Shown here: positions 26,916 to 32,000 of the stretch, in pieces
Layout: each line of letters begins with the position of its first letter
Numbering within the stretch: position 1 is the stretch's first letter
Assembly (NCBI RefSeq): GCF_000092105.1
Contig: NC_014148.1
Coordinates: 5,250,001-5,282,000, forward strand
DNA: 32,000 nucleotides
Reading direction: 5' to 3'
From: Planctopirus limnophila DSM 3776
Lineage (GTDB): Bacteria; Planctomycetota; Planctomycetia; Planctomycetales; Planctomycetaceae
Program-made: the position numbers and the translations under genes
Notes under the pieces: generated by a model
The model's input: only the letters and a program-made list of their open reading frames with translations
Database searches by the model: none
What the model was told of the DNA's origin: nothing

Positions 26916-28313
26916 TTACTCTTCTCCAAAGGTGGACTTTCGTCTGAGAAGATGATGGTACTGCTGGGCGAAGCGGTGCGATTCATCGCGGACGGATTGC
27001 AATAGCCGCAGTGCATACGAGTGGCGACTTAGAACCTTCGGCTCGCTCTCGCCTGGCAGGAAAATCTCTTCTTCGCGTTTGGCCAACGAGATCACCAGTG
27101 GAAGTTTGACTTCGATGGATTTGAGCGCTTCCATGGCTGCACCCAGTTGGCCCTTGCCTCCATCGATCAGCAGAATATCCGGGAAATTCTCCCCTTCCTG
27201 ATCGAGCCTGCGAAAGCGGCGGCTCACAACTTCTCTCATCGAAGCAAAGTCATCGACACCATCGACAGTGCGAATCTTAAATCGTTTGTATCCCTGCTTG
27301 AAGGGGACTCCATCAATAAACTGCACCAGGCTGGCGACGGTCTCCCCACCTTGCAGATGAGCAATATCGACACCTTCAATTCTGCGTGGCAAAGTTGAGA
27401 GACCAAAGACCTTCTTGAGCCCCAGGAGTCCTTTTTTGGGATCGACGTAGAATGCTTCGGGTTGTGCGTGGGATGCCAGATCGCCGCGTTCCTGCAAGGT
27501 CATCAAAGCTTTGATCTGATCACGCAGCCGGGCAGCTTTCTCGAACTTGAGTTCCTTCGAAGCCTCCAGCATCTCGCGGTTCATCACCTTGAGCAAACGC
27601 TCTTTCTTTCCTTCGAGGAACATGATCAACCGGCGCACATCCCGCCGGTAATCTTCTTTGGAGATCCTGAGATTGCAGGGAGCGGTGCATTGTCCGAGAC
27701 TGGCCAGCAGACAAGGGCGAAACCAGCGCCATTTCTCTTCATTCGGGTCGATATCGAGCGAGCAATTGCGAAAGCGGAAAATCTTTTGCAGAACCGCGAT
27801 GGCTCCGCGAAGTTTTCGAGCACTGGTAAATGGCCCGAAGAGTTTCACCCCGCGAGATTTCGGCCTGCGGGTGAACTCAATTCGTGGAAAGGGCTCGCGC
27901 GTGGTGATCTGCAGATAAGGGAATGTCTTGTCGTCTTTTAAATCGGAATTGAATCGCGGCTGAATATCCTTAATCAATCGCGATTCCAGCAGCAGGGCAT
28001 CGACTTCTGAATCGGCATGGAGGAAGTCGATATCGTGAATTTCCGGGATGAGGTCTGCCGTCCGCCGGTCGATGGCAGCCTGCTTGGTAAAATAACTTCC
28101 AGCGCGACTTCTTAGGTTGACCGCTTTTCCGACATAGATCACGCGACCGCGAGCATCTTTCATGAGATAGACGCCGGGTGTCGTAGGGAAAGTTTTCACT
28201 TTCTCACGTGGTAAAGGTCGTTCACCGGAAAAAAGACGATCCTCGGGCATTGCTGCCAAGGGTGCACCCTCGTCAAACTCGGGATTATCAGAACTTTCTG
28301 AGTTTTCGGACAT
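26916..28313 (-). CDS. uvrC: Excinuclease ABC subunit C, apparently lacking the C-terminal (HhH)2 domain
   Basis: The GIY-YIG block is PGVYLMKDARGRVIYVGKAVNLRSRAGSYF. The UVR-like helix is MLEASKELKFEKAARLRDQIKAL. The endonuclease-domain blocks are IEGVDIAHLQGG and PDILLIDGGKGQL. The protein ends LLQSVRDESHRFAQQYHHLLRRKSTFGEE-stop. The start is set at MSENSE (28313) because the 50-codon upstream extension would run into the divergent gene. Confidence 0.88.
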   Translation of the reverse strand: MSENSESSDNPEFDEGAPLAAMPEDRLFSGERPLPREKVKTFPTTPGVYLMKDARGRVIYVGKAVNLRSRAGSYFTKQAAIDRRTADLIPEIHDIDFLHADSEVDALLLESRLIKDIQPRFNSDLKDDKTFPYLQITTREPFPRIEFTRRPKSRGVKLFGPFTSARKLRGAIAVLQKIFRFRNCSLDIDPNEEKWRWFRPCLLASLGQCTAPCNLRISKEDYRRDVRRLIMFLEGKKERLLKVMNREMLEASKELKFEKAARLRDQIKALMTLQERGDLASHAQPEAFYVDPKKGLLGLKKVFGLSTLPRRIEGVDIAHLQGGETVASLVQFIDGVPFKQGYKRFKIRTVDGVDDFASMREVVSRRFRRLDQEGENFPDILLIDGGKGQLGAAMEALKSIEVKLPLVISLAKREEEIFLPGESEPKVLSRHSYALRLLQSVRDESHRFAQQYHHLLRRKSTFGEE

Positions 28314-28451
28314 TACTGGAGATTCCGTAGAACAGTGAATCTCTTCATTGTAGACACAGACGCGGAAAAGTGGATGGTGAAGCCAGTCGAGTGAGCACCT
28401 GAGTCGTTCAAAAAACGATGCGGGGGAAACCTCGATTGGTGATGAACGGCA

Positions 28452-29825
28452 ATGGATGAACATTTTCAGTTTGAATCGATGTGGACAAGGAGCTTCGGAT
28501 TGTTCCTGCTGATGACCATCAAGGATCTGAAACTTCTTCTCAAAGATCGCCGGCCACTGGTGACGCTATTGGTGCTGCCAATGGTTTTCATTGCGATTGT
28601 GGGGATGTCCACAGGCCAGCTTCTCACGGGCGGAGATACTCGCAAGGCGCCGCGACTGGCGATTTCCAATGCCGATACCAGCGAGTATGGCAATATGCTG
28701 GTCGAGAGGTATCAGAGCCGTCCTAATCTCGATGTTCAGATTGCGACGAATGCGGGGCAAGCTCAAAGCCTCGTCGATCTGGGCCGGGTGGATGGAGCGT
28801 TGATGATTGGCCCGGAGTTCACTGCGAAAGTTGATGAACTGGGATTACGGGATGTGCTCGATCCCGATCATGGTCAGCTTTCGGGGGGATTAAGTGCCAT
28901 TGATCTGTCGCTCGATTTGCGTCCCGGGCTGGTCGATGCCGAGATGTTCCGAGCGGCGCTGCTCTCGGATCTTCTCAAAGTCATTGCACCGATCGTGGGC
29001 CGCCGCAATGCCTTGACGCGTCGATTCTTCATTGACAGCGCCACGACTCCCGAGGATGTCGACAACGAGGCGCCATCTTCCACGGAAGCTCCTACTAACG
29101 AGACATCGCCTGCCGATGCCACACGTAAAAAAGTGGAATCGACTGCCAGTGGCGCTGTTGATTCAGCGATACCGACTGCGGCTCAACCAGTGGTTGCTAA
29201 GCCAAAGGAAAATGCCGCTGCCAATGTTTATCTGATTCTGGTGCCGGGCTTCACGGTGATGTTCGTTTTTTTCGTGGTCAATATCATGGCCCGTTCTTTT
29301 CTGGCGGAGCGCGACCGGGGGACATTGGACCGACTGCGGATTGCTCCGATTCCGGCATCGGGGATTCTGATTGGCAAGACGTTGCCATTCTTTCTGGTGT
29401 CGCTCACGCAGGTTTGTCTGTTGTTTGTGGCGGGTAAGTTGTTCTTTCAGATGTCGTGGGGCCCGGATCCTGTCTGGCTGATCCCGATGATGATCTGTAC
29501 TTCACTGGCAGCGACATCACTGGGGTTGCTGCTGGCGACGATTGTGCAGACTGATCAGCAGGTGGCTGCCTATGGAACTTCACTCGTGATTCTGTTGGCC
29601 TCGATCAGTGGTTGTTTTATGCCGCGCGATTGGCTGCCACCTGTCATGCAGACGATCAGTCTCGCGACTCCGCATGCGTGGTCACTGATTGGATTCGATG
29701 TGATCCTGACTCGTCGAGTCGTTGATACCCCTGTGGTTTTGCAGAGTTGTGCCGTGCTTCTGGGTTTTTCGCTCGCGTTTTTCACGGCGGGATATGTTCG
29801 ATTCCGCGCGATGACGCAAGTTTAA
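28452..29825 (+). CDS. ABC-2 type transporter permease (YhhJ/YbhR-like: N-terminal TM, large external loop, C-terminal TM bundle)
   Basis: The N-terminal TM is RPLVTLLVLPMVFIAIVGM and a loop of about 220 aa follows. The block VMFVFFVVNIMARSFLAERDRGTLDRLRIAPI is typical of ABC2_membrane permeases and is followed by 5 hydrophobic helices. No ATPase gene is adjacent. Confidence 0.75.
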   Translation: MDEHFQFESMWTRSFGLFLLMTIKDLKLLLKDRRPLVTLLVLPMVFIAIVGMSTGQLLTGGDTRKAPRLAISNADTSEYGNMLVERYQSRPNLDVQIATNAGQAQSLVDLGRVDGALMIGPEFTAKVDELGLRDVLDPDHGQLSGGLSAIDLSLDLRPGLVDAEMFRAALLSDLLKVIAPIVGRRNALTRRFFIDSATTPEDVDNEAPSSTEAPTNETSPADATRKKVESTASGAVDSAIPTAAQPVVAKPKENAAANVYLILVPGFTVMFVFFVVNIMARSFLAERDRGTLDRLRIAPIPASGILIGKTLPFFLVSLTQVCLLFVAGKLFFQMSWGPDPVWLIPMMICTSLAATSLGLLLATIVQTDQQVAAYGTSLVILLASISGCFMPRDWLPPVMQTISLATPHAWSLIGFDVILTRRVVDTPVVLQSCAVLLGFSLAFFTAGYVRFRAMTQV

Positions 29826-29904
29826 TCCGGAGTCGAGATTGAGACTGGGTTTCCTGTTAACGTGTGGGCGAAGTCGATCGAACAACACCTGGCGGTAAGT
29901 CGTC

Positions 29905-30618
29905 ATGACTCATCGATTTCTGAGAGACAGATCGATTCGTTGTGTGGCCTTGGATGCTTTTGGAACGATCATCACGCCCGGCGAATCGATTGTCACCATT
30001 TATCATCGAGCAGGTCTTCAAAGGGGAAGCACACTTTCGGAAGTCGAGGTCGGTTCGCGATTTCGAATGGCCTATCGATCCCGGCAGACAGGAACACAAA
30101 CATCTCACGGTGAAGAGATCAGATTCTGGCGCGAAGTTGTGGCAAATGTTTTCCAGGAATTGCCACCACAAAAGATCGACGACTGCTTTGACGAGCTCTG
30201 GCATAAGTTTGCTGACCTGGGCTCCTGGCGACTCTTCCCGGATGTGGTTCCCGCACTCGATGCGTTGAAAGCCTCTGGGATCAAGGTTCTGCTGGCCAGT
30301 AATTTCGATGATCGACTGATCGAGATTCTCAGGGGGTTTTCGCTGCTTGATCGATTTGACGAACTCTTGATTTCGAGCCAGGTGGGTTGGCGAAAACCTG
30401 CAGCAGAATTTTATCGTGCCGTCTTTGAAGCCGCGGGAACGAAGAGCCCATCGATCAGCCCGGCACAAATTTTCATGGTGGGCGATGACTATGAGCATGA
30501 TGTTGAAGCTGCCAGAAGAGCAGGATTCAGCGCCATCCAGATCTGCCGTGATCCTGCTCAGGTGGATCTCCTCCCCTCACAGATTTCTTCACTGACAGAG
30601 CTTTTTGAAAATTCCTGA
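29905..30618 (+). CDS. HAD-superfamily hydrolase (haloacid dehalogenase-like)
   Basis: Motif I-like is VALDAFGTII. Motif II region is VLLASN. Motif IV is MVGDDYEHDVEAARRAGF. Confidence 0.8.
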   Translation: MTHRFLRDRSIRCVALDAFGTIITPGESIVTIYHRAGLQRGSTLSEVEVGSRFRMAYRSRQTGTQTSHGEEIRFWREVVANVFQELPPQKIDDCFDELWHKFADLGSWRLFPDVVPALDALKASGIKVLLASNFDDRLIEILRGFSLLDRFDELLISSQVGWRKPAAEFYRAVFEAAGTKSPSISPAQIFMVGDDYEHDVEAARRAGFSAIQICRDPAQVDLLPSQISSLTELFENS

Positions 30619-30872
30619 GGTATGAACCGCTGAGAACATTTGCAGAGATCGATCGTATTGATCAGCGAATCACTGAGATTGTTTGGCTGGAAACTGAGAT
30701 CGTTGACGAGCCTGTGGTTTGTGCGCTTGTCGATACGGGCTTGTGGCCGCTAGAACAACAGGAAAGTCTGTCATGTTTCCAATCGTTCGCGTTCGCGAAA
30801 AGCCGGTCTTTGTGTCGGCTCTCTGAGAATACAATTCACTCCTTTTGAATATGCACTGAGAAGGTCGTCATC

Positions 30873-31994
30873 ATGTCCGTTCAAGCATCGTCGGCCTCGA
30901 TTGCGGGCAAGCCCTGTCGCTGGGGGATCATGGGTGCTGCTGCCATTGCGCGAAAGAACTGGCAGGGGTTGCGCTGGGCCGAGAATTCGCGTTTAATCGC
31001 CGTCGCCAGCCGGAGCCTGGAACGCAGCCAGAGTTTTATTCGAGAGTGCCAGGGGAGTGTGCCTCAACCTCATGAGGTTGAGGCCCTGGGAAGCTATGAA
31101 GAATTGCTGGCACATCCCGAGGTGGATGCGGTTTACATTCCTTTGCCGACGGGAGTGCGGAAAGAGTGGATTCTTCGAGCGATTGCTGCGGGGAAGCATG
31201 TCTTATCAGAGAAGCCGGTGACAGTTTCCGTTCGTGATCTCCGGGAGATTGTGGCTGCTGCCCGAAAGGCAAACCTCCAGTTTATGGATGGGGTGATGTT
31301 CATGCACAGTGCCCGGCTGGAACCGATGGTGGCGCAGATCATGGATAGCGAGCGAGTGGGGCGTGTGCGGCGAATCTGCTCTCACTTTTCTTTCCATGCC
31401 CCGGAGAGTTTCTTCAAGGAGAATATTCGTGCCAGTGATGAGCTCGAACCACTGGGCTGCCTGGGTGATCTTGGCTGGTACAACATTCGTATGACACTTT
31501 GTGGTTTGCACGGTCAGATGCCGCATACGGCTCGCGCCCGATGTCTGCAAACAACCGGGAATGGCGTGCCGACCGAATTCTCGGCGGAACTTGATTTTGA
31601 GGGAGGCACAACCGCCAGTTTTTATTGTTCATTCCATACGGAAACCCAGCAGTGGGCCCACTTCAGTGGTGAGAAGGGATATGTCTGTCTGGATGATTTT
31701 GTGCTCCCCTGGTTTGGAACTGCCAGTCGGTGGTCATCTCATCAGGCACAGGTCGTGGCGGAAGGCTGCTTCATGCGGATGGAAAACCATGAGCGATATC
31801 ATGCCGTCGATGAAATCGCGACAGGTGGGTCAACGGCGCAAGAGACGAATATGTTCCGCACTTTCTCGAACAACGTATTGACGAATAGGCTCGATAGTTA
31901 CTGGCCAGAGATGGCCCTGAAGACGCAACTGGTTCTCGAAGCCTGCCTGCTCTCGGCCCGGAAAGATCAACCAGTTCCCGTCGAAGCCTACTAG
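30873..31994 (+). CDS. Gfo/Idh/MocA family NAD(P)-dependent oxidoreductase
   Basis: The N-terminal Rossmann block is CRWGIMGAAAIARKNW...LIAVASRS. The EKP motif is HVLSEKPV. The length is typical at 373 aa. Confidence 0.85.
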   Translation: MSVQASSASIAGKPCRWGIMGAAAIARKNWQGLRWAENSRLIAVASRSLERSQSFIRECQGSVPQPHEVEALGSYEELLAHPEVDAVYIPLPTGVRKEWILRAIAAGKHVLSEKPVTVSVRDLREIVAAARKANLQFMDGVMFMHSARLEPMVAQIMDSERVGRVRRICSHFSFHAPESFFKENIRASDELEPLGCLGDLGWYNIRMTLCGLHGQMPHTARARCLQTTGNGVPTEFSAELDFEGGTTASFYCSFHTETQQWAHFSGEKGYVCLDDFVLPWFGTASRWSSHQAQVVAEGCFMRMENHERYHAVDEIATGGSTAQETNMFRTFSNNVLTNRLDSYWPEMALKTQLVLEACLLSARKDQPVPVEAY

Positions 31995-32000
31995 TTTTGG

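Overview
The window is a chromosomal segment that looks like Planctomycetota. The basis is a PSCyt2/DUF1549-PSD1/DUF1553 giant protein paired with a Tat-signal DUF1501 protein, a TIGR02999-like ECF sigma factor, a PmoA-like DUF6807 protein, weak Shine-Dalgarno usage and moderate GC by eye. I support 22 protein-coding genes at high coding density. The first is cut by the left edge.

Content is mostly housekeeping and envelope functions:
- metY, panD and uvrC
- a UDP-sugar dehydrogenase
- a Trx-like/NHL (NHLRC2-like) protein
- a GlcE-like FAD protein
- an OprB-type porin
- a YugP-type Zn peptidase
- cupin, HAD and Gfo/Idh/MocA enzymes
- an ABC-2 permease

I found no rRNA, tRNA, CRISPR array, transposase, integrase or recognisable defence genes.

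The most system-like block is a minus-strand operon at about 19.6-26.6 kb. It encodes a Wza-like exporter, a Wzc-like tyrosine autokinase ending in a perfect (GY)6 tail, a 930-aa Wzy_C/O-antigen-ligase-like membrane protein fused to a long TPR domain, and a small lipoprotein-like ORF. No glycosyltransferase, flippase or phosphatase is in reach.

The second candidate is the PSCyt2/PSD1 - DUF1501 - LTXXQ (Spy-like) triad closed by a strong terminator. This family pair is recurrent but functionally uncharacterised.

Several intergenic structures are reported as lower-interest items: nested hairpins, mutually exclusive hairpins, perfect inverted repeats and an ECF-type promoter-like motif.

I cannot demonstrate a genuinely new system from sequence alone. 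All functional calls rest on motif-level recognition and need HMM or structure searches to confirm.
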